Below are positions 37,602 through 46,747 of a DNA stretch of 48,870 bases, in pieces. How positions within the stretch are numbered: the stretch's first letter is position 1; every line of letters begins with the position of its first letter. The notes below the pieces were generated by a model. It was not told the DNA's origin, did not search any database, and saw nothing but the letters and a program-made list of their open reading frames with translations. Made by a program: the position numbers and the translations under genes. The DNA is taken from NCBI GenBank assembly GCA_045106895.1, contig JBGCFM010000241.1, forward strand, positions 1-48,870, in the 5' to 3' direction. The DNA is from Polyangiales bacterium (GTDB lineage: Bacteria > Myxococcota_A > Polyangia > Polyangiales > Houyiibacteriaceae).

Positions 37602-38130
37602 GCCCCAACTCCTTGGCGAATGCCGCTTCCACCGCACGAATCCGCCGGTCGGCGGTGGAGCGGGAACAGCCGCAGATACGTGCGACTTCGATGAGTGTTT
37701 CGCCCTCGACACGCCGGAGCGTCCAAGCGATGCGTTCCTCGGGCTTGACCTTGTCCAAGACCCGGTAGGCGGCGACGACGGAGGCACGTCGCTCGGGCAA
37801 GATCCCGGGATCGGCGATCTCCGCCACCGTGTCCAGGCCTACAAAGCGCCGCAGCCTCTTCCGCCCGAGGTACTTTCGCGCGCGCCGTACGGTGATGGTG
37901 GTGAGCCAAGAGCGGAGCGCTTGTGGCTCCTGAAGCCCGGACAGACCTCGATGCACGTCGATGAAGACGTTCTGAACGAGGTCATCCACGTGAGCGCCGG
38001 GGCCGACGAGGCGACTCAAGATGCCGCCGACGTAAGGCGCCCAACGGCGAAAAACCTCTTCAAAGACGAGGGGCTTCACCTCCGAGGGCGCGGCGGCCAC
38101 GGCGAGGTGTCTCTTCTTTGCTTGGCTCAC
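37594..38130 (-). CDS. ECF RNA polymerase sigma factor
   Basis: Region 2 VDDLVQNVFI...LRSWLTTITVR; region 4 RIAWTLRRVEGETLIEVARICGCSRSTADRRI; GTG start at 38130. Confidence 0.92.
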   Translation of the reverse strand: MSQAKKRHLAVAAAPSEVKPLVFEEVFRRWAPYVGGILSRLVGPGAHVDDLVQNVFIDVHRGLSGLQEPQALRSWLTTITVRRARKYLGRKRLRRFVGLDTVAEIADPGILPERRASVVAAYRVLDKVKPEERIAWTLRRVEGETLIEVARICGCSRSTADRRIRAVEAAFAKELGRE

Positions 38131-38138
38131 CCAACTAT

Positions 38139-38167
38139 AGTGGCGCGCTGGACGGAAAGCGTCCCAG
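38139..38167 (-). promoter_or_regulatory. Putative ECF promoter for the sigma operon
   Basis: Minus strand CTGGGACG-N14-CGCCACT, ending 8 nt before GTG 38130. Confidence 0.7.
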
Positions 38168-38199
38168 CCTTTCTTTCGAGGCTCACGAAAGGAAAAAGT

Positions 38200-38228
38200 C
38201 TGAGACGTTTCGCGCGGAGCCCGCCTCT
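38200..38228 (+). promoter_or_regulatory. Putative ECF promoter for the DUF1552-DUF1592 operon
   Basis: CTGAGACG-N14-CGCCTCT, ending 8 nt before ATG 38237. Confidence 0.7.
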
Positions 38229-38236
38229 TCAGGCGC

Positions 38237-39556
38237 ATGGCGAAATCCACAGGCTTCCCCTCGCGTCGTTCGTTCCTGAGAATCGCGGGCGCGGGCGCTC
38301 TCGGCGCAACGATGATCCCCCGCTGGTCCGCCGCGGACTCCCCCGGTGTCCCCAAGCGCCTCATTCTCTTTCCTTCTCTGAACGGAACCCGTCATCCGGA
38401 CTTCTGGCCCGGCGCAGACGGACGCCTCGCGACGATCACCTCGCCCCTTGAGGCGCTCCGCGACCAGGTCACCTTTGTGCGCGGCCTCTCCATGCAGGGG
38501 TCCTGGGACCACTTTGCCGTGCGCAGCATGTTCACCGGCGCAGCCATTCGGAGCTACGCCGACCCCGAACCGCGCGTACGCAGCTTCGACCAGATCGTCG
38601 CCGACACCATCATGGCGGGGTCGCCTACGCCGATTCGCTCGCTGCACCTAGGCGCGCGGCCAGCGCAGTACCTCGGCGCTGCGTTCAATGGCCGCCAGAA
38701 CATCTTCCGCACCGCCGCCGAGGCTGTGCAAGTGCGCGCCAACCCCGTGAGCGTCTTCGACGATGTCTTCGCCTCCATGGGCCCCGCGCCAGCTCCCGCG
38801 CCGCCGGCGGCCGGAGCCAGCTGGGAACGCGCCGCGCTCCAGATCGCCCAGGCAGAGCTGGCGGAGCTTGAGGGTCGAAACCTCGGCGCGTCTCAGCGTA
38901 TGAAGACGGACGCGCACCGAGAGAGTCTCGGCAGATTGATCCCCGACGAAGTCGCGCCTCCCGTGATGAACGTGTCCTGCGATTCTGGTTCCATCGCCAG
39001 CGTCGAAGCGCTCCGCGGAGAACTACAAGGCAACGAGGCGGCGGCGTACGAAGACCGCCTCTACCCGCAAATCGTCGACGCGCAGATCGACCTCATGGCC
39101 CGCGCCATCACCTGCGGCGTCACCCGCGTTGCGACGCTCCAATCGAGCTGGGCCGATGGGGACGTGACGGTGCCCGTCGAAGGCGGAGAGCGATTGCCCT
39201 GGCATCCCACATCCCACGACCGGCCCGAGGCCTACGCGCTCTTGCAGCAGTGGTACGTCGGGAAGCTCGCGCGCCTCGCGACGCTCCTCGACGCTCCGGA
39301 CCCTCTCGATGCGAGCGGGAGCAGTACAGTCCTCGACAACACCGTCATCCTCTGGATGAGCGAGTGCGAACCGAGCCACAACGCCGACGAGGTCTCGGCG
39401 ATGATCGTCGGTGGCCGCTGCGCCGGAGTGAACGCCGGCGGTCTTGTTCGAGGATCGAGCAACGTGCAGCTCTTACGCACGCTCTGCGGCGTCTTCGATG
39501 TGCCCGAAAGCGACGCGGGTCAGTTCGGTTCCTCCACGATCTCGGAGCTTGTCTGA
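38237..39556 (+). CDS. DUF1552-domain protein with Tat signal
   Basis: SRRSFLR twin-arginine signal; PKRLILF..NG, SFDQIVA, AITCGVTRVATL, HPTSH, VLDNTVILWMSE. Confidence 0.88.
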   Translation: MAKSTGFPSRRSFLRIAGAGALGATMIPRWSAADSPGVPKRLILFPSLNGTRHPDFWPGADGRLATITSPLEALRDQVTFVRGLSMQGSWDHFAVRSMFTGAAIRSYADPEPRVRSFDQIVADTIMAGSPTPIRSLHLGARPAQYLGAAFNGRQNIFRTAAEAVQVRANPVSVFDDVFASMGPAPAPAPPAAGASWERAALQIAQAELAELEGRNLGASQRMKTDAHRESLGRLIPDEVAPPVMNVSCDSGSIASVEALRGELQGNEAAAYEDRLYPQIVDAQIDLMARAITCGVTRVATLQSSWADGDVTVPVEGGERLPWHPTSHDRPEAYALLQQWYVGKLARLATLLDAPDPLDASGSSTVLDNTVILWMSECEPSHNADEVSAMIVGGRCAGVNAGGLVRGSSNVQLLRTLCGVFDVPESDAGQFGSSTISELV

Positions 39557-41145
39557 TGCGCGGCCTGATCATTTCGCTGCTGTGTCTTGGATGTACGGGT
39601 GAGATCGGCGATGCCCCTGCGCCTTTCGACCCTGTGCCGCCGGTGGACACGGAGGCACCGATGGTGGACTGCACCGTGGATAGGCCCGTGGGCATTCGCT
39701 TGATTCGGCGGCTGACGACGCCGGAGCTCGTCACCACTCTGCGCACCGTCTTCGAGATGCCCGCGCTGACCCTCGACCTCCCCCTCGACCCCGTCAACGA
39801 AGCGGGCCTCCACACGGACGAACACCTGCTCTTGGTCCGACCACGTTTCGCGGCGGGCGTGCACGAAGGTGCGCTCGCTCTCGGTGAGCACATGGCTTCG
39901 CGCATCGAGGGAGAGCTCCCGTGCGCGAGCGGGGGCGGCGAGGCCTGCGCGATGGAGTACGTGACGCGCTGGGGTCGGCGGCTCTACCGCCGGCCGCTCT
40001 CGAATACAGAGCTGTCTCGCTACCGAGACCTCTTTACGGAGATGCAGAGCGAAGGCGAAGCCTTCGATGAGTACGTCCGCTGGGCGACGGTGGCCCTCGT
40101 AGATTCGCCCCACATGATCTACCGGAGCGAACTCGGAGAGCCGAGGGGCGAGCGTTATGAGCTAAGCGCATACGAGCTGGCCACGGAGCTCGCCTACACC
40201 TTCACCGGTGGCCCACCCGACGACGCGCTCCTGGATCTCGCCGAGGCGGGACTGGACCGAGACGCCGTCCGAGACATCGCGACACGCCTCGCTCAAGCAG
40301 ACTCACCTGACTTCCGTGAGGTCGTACGCCGCTTTGGCGAACAGTGGCTTCGCTTGCCCGCCATCGGTAGTGTTGGAAAAGACGACGCGGCTTTCACGGC
40401 GGCTGTACGGAGCTCCATGCTGGCGGAGACGGAGCACTTCTTGGAAGCGACGATCTTTGAAGAGGGCGGCTCGTTCGAGGACCTGCTCACCTCGAACACC
40501 ACCTACTTGGACGGGACACTCGCAAGCTTTTACGGGTTCGGCGACGAGAGCGCGTCCAGCTTCGTGGCGACTTCGCGCCCCGATGGAATGGGCATTGGCT
40601 TGCTGGCGCAGGGCGGCCTCCTCGCCGTTCGCGCAACAAATCGAAGCAGCTCGCCTACGCGCCGGGGCCTCCTCGTCAGGCGCGATATGCTCTGTCAGCC
40701 CGTTCCACCGGCTCCCGTCGGCGTGGACGTTTTCCCCGAGACGGACGCTGTGACCACCCGTGAGCGGCACCAGGTCCTCGTCGATGAGCCCTTCTGCAGT
40801 CGCTGCCATCGCCTCCTCGAACCCATCGGCTTTGCCCTCGAACGCTTCGACGAAGCTGGACGTGTTCGCAGCGAGGAGAGCGGCATCGCCATCGACGAGT
40901 CCGGGTTCATTCAGACCGACGAGGGCGATGTCGAGATCGCGGGCGCAGAGGAGCTCGCGGAAGAGCTCGCGGACCTCGGACAAGCCCAAGAGTGTTTCAC
41001 CAGCTTGGTCGGCGCCTATTCCATGGGCATGGACCCCGAGCGCACCGCGTGCCTGGTCTCCAGCGAAGCGAACGCTCCCGTTCTCGATCAGTTTCTTGCG
41101 GTGGCGGCGAGCGACCACTTCTTTGAGCGAGTCGTCGAGCCCTAG
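39556..41145 (+). CDS. DUF1592/DUF1588-family lipoprotein with a CxxCH motif
   Basis: Lipobox CLGC; IRRLT, RRLYRRPL, SPHMIYRSE, SSPTRRG, TTRER, CSRCH, IGFALERFD. Confidence 0.9.
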   Translation: MRGLIISLLCLGCTGEIGDAPAPFDPVPPVDTEAPMVDCTVDRPVGIRLIRRLTTPELVTTLRTVFEMPALTLDLPLDPVNEAGLHTDEHLLLVRPRFAAGVHEGALALGEHMASRIEGELPCASGGGEACAMEYVTRWGRRLYRRPLSNTELSRYRDLFTEMQSEGEAFDEYVRWATVALVDSPHMIYRSELGEPRGERYELSAYELATELAYTFTGGPPDDALLDLAEAGLDRDAVRDIATRLAQADSPDFREVVRRFGEQWLRLPAIGSVGKDDAAFTAAVRSSMLAETEHFLEATIFEEGGSFEDLLTSNTTYLDGTLASFYGFGDESASSFVATSRPDGMGIGLLAQGGLLAVRATNRSSSPTRRGLLVRRDMLCQPVPPAPVGVDVFPETDAVTTRERHQVLVDEPFCSRCHRLLEPIGFALERFDEAGRVRSEESGIAIDESGFIQTDEGDVEIAGAEELAEELADLGQAQECFTSLVGAYSMGMDPERTACLVSSEANAPVLDQFLAVAASDHFFERVVEP

Positions 41146-41151
41146 CGGGGA

Positions 41152-41751
41152 CTACTCGGACGAGTACAGGATCTCGAGGTCTGCGTTAGAGCGGTCATGG
41201 ACGCGAACGCGGACTTCCCCCTTGGCGCCGAACGCGCGGATCGCGCCTTCGAAGATGCCGACATACCAAGAGTCGATGTAGTCCCATGAGTCACGGACGG
41301 CGACGATGGCGCGGCCGGGTTCGTTGATGGGCGAGGTCAGCTCTCCGTGGGAGCCGATGGCTTGAAATACACGGCTTGTGAGAGACATCGAAGCGTGGAT
41401 GTTCTTGGCCGCCATGCTGAGGATGACGCGGCCTGCCATGCTCTGGTTGAACACCGAGAACGCGTTATGACCAAAGCGGCGCATGCCCTCTTTGGGATGA
41501 CGCGAGGGATATGCGGCGCGCGCGGCTTCTGGAAGAAACGCGATCCACTCGCTCAAGGGGTAGCCCTGGAAAGGCACGTATCGCGCGCGGCCCACCCGGC
41601 TTCCGCAAGCGGCGGAGGCTTCATCGGCGATGGCGCTGAAGAACATCCCCTTGACCTTGCCCCCGCTCGGGGCGCCGGCCACGCGTTCTTCGACGTCCAA
41701 ATCACCGACAAAGGTCGGGACGACAAACGGGCCCTTGTACAAACTCGCCAC
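41152..41751 (-). CDS. DUF2378/TIGR02265-like Myxococcales protein
   Basis: KVKGMFF, RYVPFQGYP, FNQSMAGRV, YVGIFEG; start inferred at GTG 41751. Confidence 0.8.
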   Translation of the reverse strand: MASLYKGPFVVPTFVGDLDVEERVAGAPSGGKVKGMFFSAIADEASAACGSRVGRARYVPFQGYPLSEWIAFLPEAARAAYPSRHPKEGMRRFGHNAFSVFNQSMAGRVILSMAAKNIHASMSLTSRVFQAIGSHGELTSPINEPGRAIVAVRDSWDYIDSWYVGIFEGAIRAFGAKGEVRVRVHDRSNADLEILYSSE

Positions 41752-41817
41752 GCCACAAGAGTATGCGAGACGGGGCCGCGCTAACATACGCAATATCGAT
41801 GCCTCCCCTTAGTACCG

Positions 41818-42414
41818 ATGCCTGAGCGCTCTTCCGACCTTCTGAATGACTCGCCGGTGTACCTGCGACGCTTTCTGAATCACTTTTCCGTGGAGTGTCC
41901 ACGCTGTCCCTCGCGGGCCAAGGTCGTGCTCAACGCCGAAGGAACGCCGCGCGTGTCCTGTCTGGCCTGCGCCCACATCCACGAAGGCTGGGCTCCGCCA
42001 GACGACGCCTTCGTCGAGCAATGCAAGAAGGCGCGCTGTTCGCGCTGCAACGAGTGGCTTGGTGACGCAAGCATGCTCTATCGGGCATCCGACGACGAGC
42101 TCGATATCCACTGCGCCTGTGGCGCGACTCGCACGAAACGCTTGCCGCGTCGCTGGCTCACCGGAGTGCCCGTGGACCCCTACTTACGTCTCCCACTTTG
42201 GCTGCGGTGCGCCGTTGGGGCTGAGACTCTGTGGGCGTACAACGTCGAACACCTCGACTTCCTGCACAGCTATCTTTCGGGAACGCTTCGAAAACGAACG
42301 CCGAATGAGAAGTCGTCCCTCGTGACGCGTCTCCCAGCGTGGATGAAGAGCGCCAAGCGACGCGACGATGTGCTGAAAGGTCTCGCTCGTCTCCAGCAAC
42401 GCGCCAGCGAATGA
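41818..42414 (+). CDS. Conserved hypothetical zinc-ribbon protein
   Basis: CPRC, CLAC, CSRC, CAC; DPYLRLPLWL, WAYNVEHL, RLPAWMKSAK. Confidence 0.8.
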   Translation: MPERSSDLLNDSPVYLRRFLNHFSVECPRCPSRAKVVLNAEGTPRVSCLACAHIHEGWAPPDDAFVEQCKKARCSRCNEWLGDASMLYRASDDELDIHCACGATRTKRLPRRWLTGVPVDPYLRLPLWLRCAVGAETLWAYNVEHLDFLHSYLSGTLRKRTPNEKSSLVTRLPAWMKSAKRRDDVLKGLARLQQRASE

Positions 42415-42473
42415 GCGCCGGCTCCCCCAAGTAGGCGTTTCATCCGAACGCTTCGCCCCGTAGTCTCCCTCAC

Positions 42474-43025
42474 ATGAGACTACGCCTCGCTGTCCTCTTT
42501 GTATTGTGTGCCGGCTGCGATGAGTCCGCTCCCGAGAGCACGTCTCCGCCCGCGACGAACGAGGCGACGACGAACGAAGCCACGGCGCAGGCAGCGGCGC
42601 CCGCCGCAAACAGCTGCGCCATGACCATCCGCGTGAGCGGTGATCACACCTTCGAAGACGAAGTGAGCTTTCGCGTGGCAAGAGTCGAGCGCAACGACGG
42701 AGCGTGGCTCTCCTTGATGGCGACGGAAGTCACCAACCAACCCGGCTACATTCTGAACATGTTCTTGCGCGCCGACGCGAGCGGCGGCGTCCCCCTCGAT
42801 GAGCCGGGGATGAACAAGTTGAACATCACCATGGTCCCCGGCGAGGACTACAGCGCCCACGACATGGGCGGCGAGGCCGCTGGAAGCGTCACCGTGACCC
42901 AAGGCCCAGAGGGCTGGCTCTCCGCCGAAGGCACGGGGCACCTCTCGGATGGAAACGGCGGCGAGCTTCACGTTATCGTCCACGTCACCACGGCGATTCC
43001 GCCAATGCAGTGTCCAAGGGACTAG
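42474..43025 (+). CDS. Hypothetical lipoprotein
   Basis: Lipobox CAGC and a low-complexity ATNEATTNEAT linker. Confidence 0.75.
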   Translation: MRLRLAVLFVLCAGCDESAPESTSPPATNEATTNEATAQAAAPAANSCAMTIRVSGDHTFEDEVSFRVARVERNDGAWLSLMATEVTNQPGYILNMFLRADASGGVPLDEPGMNKLNITMVPGEDYSAHDMGGEAAGSVTVTQGPEGWLSAEGTGHLSDGNGGELHVIVHVTTAIPPMQCPRD

Positions 43026-43096
43026 TGCGCACGGCCACATTGCGGCCGAAGCACTCTGCCTTCGCTCATCCCCTCAGCTCAAAAATGCACCACGAC

Positions 43097-43588
43097 ATGC
43101 GCAACTTACGTTTCTTACTCTGCTTCGTTTCGCTCTCCTTGGTGTCTTGTACCCAAGACCACATCGCCGTGATGCCCGTCGCGCCGGCGAGTGCACACGC
43201 GAACGAAACTGAGGTCTTCGTGCCCGCCGACCCAGAGCGCTGGGCTGGCCGCTTTCAGCTTAGTGGCGCGCCCTCCGAGGACACCTGTGGCGGCGCGGTG
43301 ATCCTCGCTGCGGAACACGTCGTCATCGACGCCGGCGCTCGCACCCTGGAGGCAGACGTCGTCGACCGACGCTATGAAGTCACAGATATCGCCGGCGAAG
43401 GACTCGTCGCGGAAGGACGCTTCGCCACGGACGTCTGCCCACAGTCGACACTCTTCGAGCGTTGGACACTTCAACACAACGGCGACGCCTGGACCGGCAC
43501 TCTGGATTCAACGTGGCCCGACCACACGAACTGCGAGCGCGCTTGCACCGTGCGCTTTGAGATCCGCGCAACGCGCCTGCCTGAATGA
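43097..43588 (+). CDS. Hypothetical lipoprotein
   Basis: MRNLRFLLCFVSLSLVSC lipobox; beta-rich mature domain with paired Cys. Confidence 0.7.
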   Translation: MRNLRFLLCFVSLSLVSCTQDHIAVMPVAPASAHANETEVFVPADPERWAGRFQLSGAPSEDTCGGAVILAAEHVVIDAGARTLEADVVDRRYEVTDIAGEGLVAEGRFATDVCPQSTLFERWTLQHNGDAWTGTLDSTWPDHTNCERACTVRFEIRATRLPE

Positions 43589-43609
43589 GCGGCGACGATG
43601 AGCGGCGAC

Positions 43610-43816
43610 TCAGCCGTCGTCCTCCCAGGCGACGCATTCACCATCCTCCCACTCCGTGCAGTCATCGTCGCGAGTGGCATCGTCGTAGCTCAGCGGCTCC
43701 CCGCGAGCGTCGGCGGCGGAATTGCCGCCTGAGCTCTCTTGGGAAGCAGCTGTTTCCGCGGCGCAGGCCGACACGACCATGAGAAGTACGAAAGGGCGTA
43801 GACGTCGGAGGGCCAT
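43610..43816 (-). CDS. Small hypothetical lipoprotein
   Basis: MALRRLRPFVLLMVVSAC lipobox; acidic tail CTEWEDGECVAWEDDG. Confidence 0.6.
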   Translation of the reverse strand: MALRRLRPFVLLMVVSACAAETAASQESSGGNSAADARGEPLSYDDATRDDDCTEWEDGECVAWEDDG

Positions 43817-43848
43817 CGGGACACAGGGTACACTTCGACGAAGTACAC

Positions 43849-44493
43849 ATGGACACGCCAATGAAGATGGACACCTACCTCGAGGTCGATCGGTATCTCC
43901 CCGCGATCGTCCTTGGTCATGAAGTGAGCGGAGAGCGCGCGTCCCTGCTCGAGGCCGTCGAAGACCCGCCACCGTGGCTCGTTTGGTGGGAGCATCAACA
44001 TGGTGGTCTTGCATGTCTGCACGTGACCCTCACCGGTATGTTGCTGCCACTCGAAGCCCTACCGGTGAGTGCCGAGAGGACGGCAGTCATCAACGAAGTG
44101 TGGAAGCTCGCCAGCGAGGCGCCAAAGGGGCGCATCAACTCAACCTGGCTCGGGTTCACCGCGGGCAAGCCCTACGACGCGCAACAACTCGCGCTTCTCG
44201 ACGAGCTCATGGGTCGCGCTTTTTCGCTTCCGCTCATGCGAGGTCGCGAGGCCTTCGTGGAGTTTGACAAGGCGGATTGGGCAGAGACCTTTCGCGACTG
44301 GCCGGTGGTCGCCTACGAGATCCCCATGCAGTGCAGCCTCGCAGACCCGGACGCACACCACCTCATTATGGGAGAGCGCGAAGTAACGCATCGCCTCGAC
44401 GCACCGCTCGTCGCAGTCGCATCTTCGTTCTTCCGAGACCTCGGATTCGGCACGGACCTGCGGGCGTACTTCGTTTGGTTCAATAGCGACTAG
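43849..44493 (+). CDS. Hypothetical protein, DUF6210-like
   Basis: HQHGGLACLH...GMLLP, EAFV, and C-terminal WFNSD. Confidence 0.6.
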   Translation: MDTPMKMDTYLEVDRYLPAIVLGHEVSGERASLLEAVEDPPPWLVWWEHQHGGLACLHVTLTGMLLPLEALPVSAERTAVINEVWKLASEAPKGRINSTWLGFTAGKPYDAQQLALLDELMGRAFSLPLMRGREAFVEFDKADWAETFRDWPVVAYEIPMQCSLADPDAHHLIMGEREVTHRLDAPLVAVASSFFRDLGFGTDLRAYFVWFNSD

Positions 44494-44543
44494 CGCACTC
44501 TCACACCCTGGAGTTTCAAACGTCGCCCGTGTAAACATCGGGC

Positions 44544-45803
44544 GTGGGGTTTCGGGACCATGACGAATCGCGGCGTGCGAAGGTCGACGCGCTCCTCGCT
44601 CAGCGCGAAGAGCACGAAGAGCGCATCAGCGCCCTTGAGGAGCGACTGGAGACACTTGAGACGCGCCTCGAGGAAGCGCGAGCGGACACGCAGTCCGGGA
44701 CGGACGCATCAAAGACGGCCGAGGGACAGCCGAAGTCCAAAGGCAAGGCCAAGGCACCCTCCAACGCGAGAACCACTGCTAAGTCAAAGCCGAAGAAGGA
44801 GCTCGACTCAACGGACCTTTTTCAGCGGCGTTGGCGGGCCGTTTTTATTGGCGCAGGTGTCTTCATCGTGGGGTGCTTCTTCATGATGTACCGAAGCGTT
44901 GCCACATCGGAGCCCGTCGCCGTGCAAGCAGCGCAAACGACCTCCGCGCAGTCGCCGGCGCCGGCGCCTTCGCCGGCACGCACCATCGAATGGGATGGCA
45001 GCGGGGATGTCGATCTCGAAGCGCTCCTGGAGTCGCTCTCCGAGCCGGAGGAGCCCGCGGCGCCCACCATCCGGCCCATCTTCACCGGTCATGTGAGCCT
45101 GGCGACGAGCTCCGCGAGCGTCGAAGAAGGCGCACCCTGCGAAGTGCGCATGACGGCGCCGGACCGGCTGCTCTCCCTGCTTCCGCCGGAGAGCATGGAG
45201 GTCCGTTGCGGCGGCGAAGTCCTCTACGCGATAGGAACGACGCCGCCTTGCACCGTTCGCGGACAGGGGGAGATCTTCGGCGGCCTCTTCACCTTCGCGT
45301 GCGATGACCGCGGGATTCGTGAGGACCGTCCGGAAATGGAGCTCAGCTCCGTGGACCGTCACCTGCGCATCTGGTCCGAGGCGGAAAACTGGATGGTCAC
45401 CGTCCTCCTTGAGCGAGCCGCGGCGCGCATCGCGCTAAGTCGACGCCTCGACGAAGGCCCCGGGCTTCCTCTCCCGTCGTCGCAGTCGCTTTCGCTGCGC
45501 GTGCAGGAGCACCAGGGAGAAGGCGCGCCGAGCAACAACGCCATGCTCACGTTGACGATCTCGGAGCCGGAGTCGTCGAATCTCAACTGCGCCTTCACGC
45601 TGCGCGAAGGCCGGCGCGTTCTTGGACGGAGCGAAGGCCGCTGCCTCTTTGACTCGCAGCTCGCCCTCATCGGCATCGACGCCGGGCTCACGGAAGAGCG
45701 CCGCTTTGGCCTCACCATGGATCTGCGCGAAGAGCGCCTCTCCATGGAGAGCACGGAGGGCGAACGAAGCTGGGCGGCGCAAGCGCTCATCGAGTCTGAG
45801 TAA
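44544..45803 (+). CDS. Hypothetical membrane-anchored protein with N-terminal coiled coil
   Basis: Heptad-rich N-terminus, single TM helix, Pro/Ala linker, Cys-containing beta domain. Confidence 0.75.
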   Translation: MGFRDHDESRRAKVDALLAQREEHEERISALEERLETLETRLEEARADTQSGTDASKTAEGQPKSKGKAKAPSNARTTAKSKPKKELDSTDLFQRRWRAVFIGAGVFIVGCFFMMYRSVATSEPVAVQAAQTTSAQSPAPAPSPARTIEWDGSGDVDLEALLESLSEPEEPAAPTIRPIFTGHVSLATSSASVEEGAPCEVRMTAPDRLLSLLPPESMEVRCGGEVLYAIGTTPPCTVRGQGEIFGGLFTFACDDRGIREDRPEMELSSVDRHLRIWSEAENWMVTVLLERAAARIALSRRLDEGPGLPLPSSQSLSLRVQEHQGEGAPSNNAMLTLTISEPESSNLNCAFTLREGRRVLGRSEGRCLFDSQLALIGIDAGLTEERRFGLTMDLREERLSMESTEGERSWAAQALIESE

Positions 45804-45806
45804 GGC

Positions 45807-46676
45807 TCACTCGCCCCAGGCGCGAAAGCGTGATTCGACGCCGAGGAGAAGCGTCGGTGTCGCCGCGTTGGACGTCGCCATGAACACGCCTTCGAAGCCC
45901 GCCATGATGGCGAAGCTCTTCGCGAGCCAGAAAGAGAAACCGAAACCAAGACCCACGTAACGGGTCTGCCCGACGCCGGCGATGTTCGTCTCCGTGATGG
46001 CGCGTCCGAAGGGCTCGTAAATGGGCACGTGCATCTCGAACTGAAACCACTCGGAGAAGGTGAAGCCGATCTGCAGGTTGGCGACCAACGCCGCGCTCAT
46101 GGTGCTGGCGCTGTTGAGGCGTACTCCGGCAGCGCCGCTAAACCACGCGGTGACGCTTTCGTTGATGCGCCAGCCATGACCGAGGAGCGCTTGGAGCTCG
46201 CCGTAATGATTCTCGAGGGCCGGCTGGTAGAAGAGGCGCGGGCTTGAGCCTGGCTCTTCGTAGAGCACGTCGTTGCCGAAGCGCGGCGCATACGCGTAGT
46301 TCGCCTGGAGCGCGAAACGCGTCCTGCCTGTGGAGCCGAGCGGGTCAAAGCGAAGACCGAGCCCCAAGGGACCCGCATAAGCTCCGCCGGTCCCCGCGGC
46401 CCATGCGTAGCCAATAGGCGCACCAAAGGCGACGACGGTGAGGCGCGGGTGGATGCCGCACTCGGCGTAGAGTTGCGCGCTGATGTCGCGGTAGTCCACG
46501 ACGCCGAAGCGCATATCGCGAGGACCCGGAGCGTCATAGACGCCGGCGCCGACCATCGCGCGGGCCCACACCTTCACGTAGCAACGGCCTTGCTCTTGTG
46601 TCCACGCGGCATCGGCGATGGATGGACTCAGGGTGAGCAAAGCGAGGAGAAGCGGAATCACACGACCGAAGAGCAC
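45807..46676 (-). CDS. Hypothetical secreted/outer-membrane protein
   Basis: Signal peptide ending ADA-AWTQEQG; amphipathic strands. Confidence 0.75.
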   Translation of the reverse strand: MLFGRVIPLLLALLTLSPSIADAAWTQEQGRCYVKVWARAMVGAGVYDAPGPRDMRFGVVDYRDISAQLYAECGIHPRLTVVAFGAPIGYAWAAGTGGAYAGPLGLGLRFDPLGSTGRTRFALQANYAYAPRFGNDVLYEEPGSSPRLFYQPALENHYGELQALLGHGWRINESVTAWFSGAAGVRLNSASTMSAALVANLQIGFTFSEWFQFEMHVPIYEPFGRAITETNIAGVGQTRYVGLGFGFSFWLAKSFAIMAGFEGVFMATSNAATPTLLLGVESRFRAWGE

Positions 46677-46747
46677 GCTGAAGTCTATCCGGCGCGGCGA
46701 GTCGCTGGCCAGCCCGGTGACGTGCGAAAGTCGGTACGCTTCGCGAG

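Noticed and set aside
14507..42590. Short tandem repeats (14507-14549, 17827-17862, about 42552-42580) as CRISPR or contingency loci
   Set aside because: They are in-frame duplications in lipoprotein linkers, with no spacers and no cas genes.
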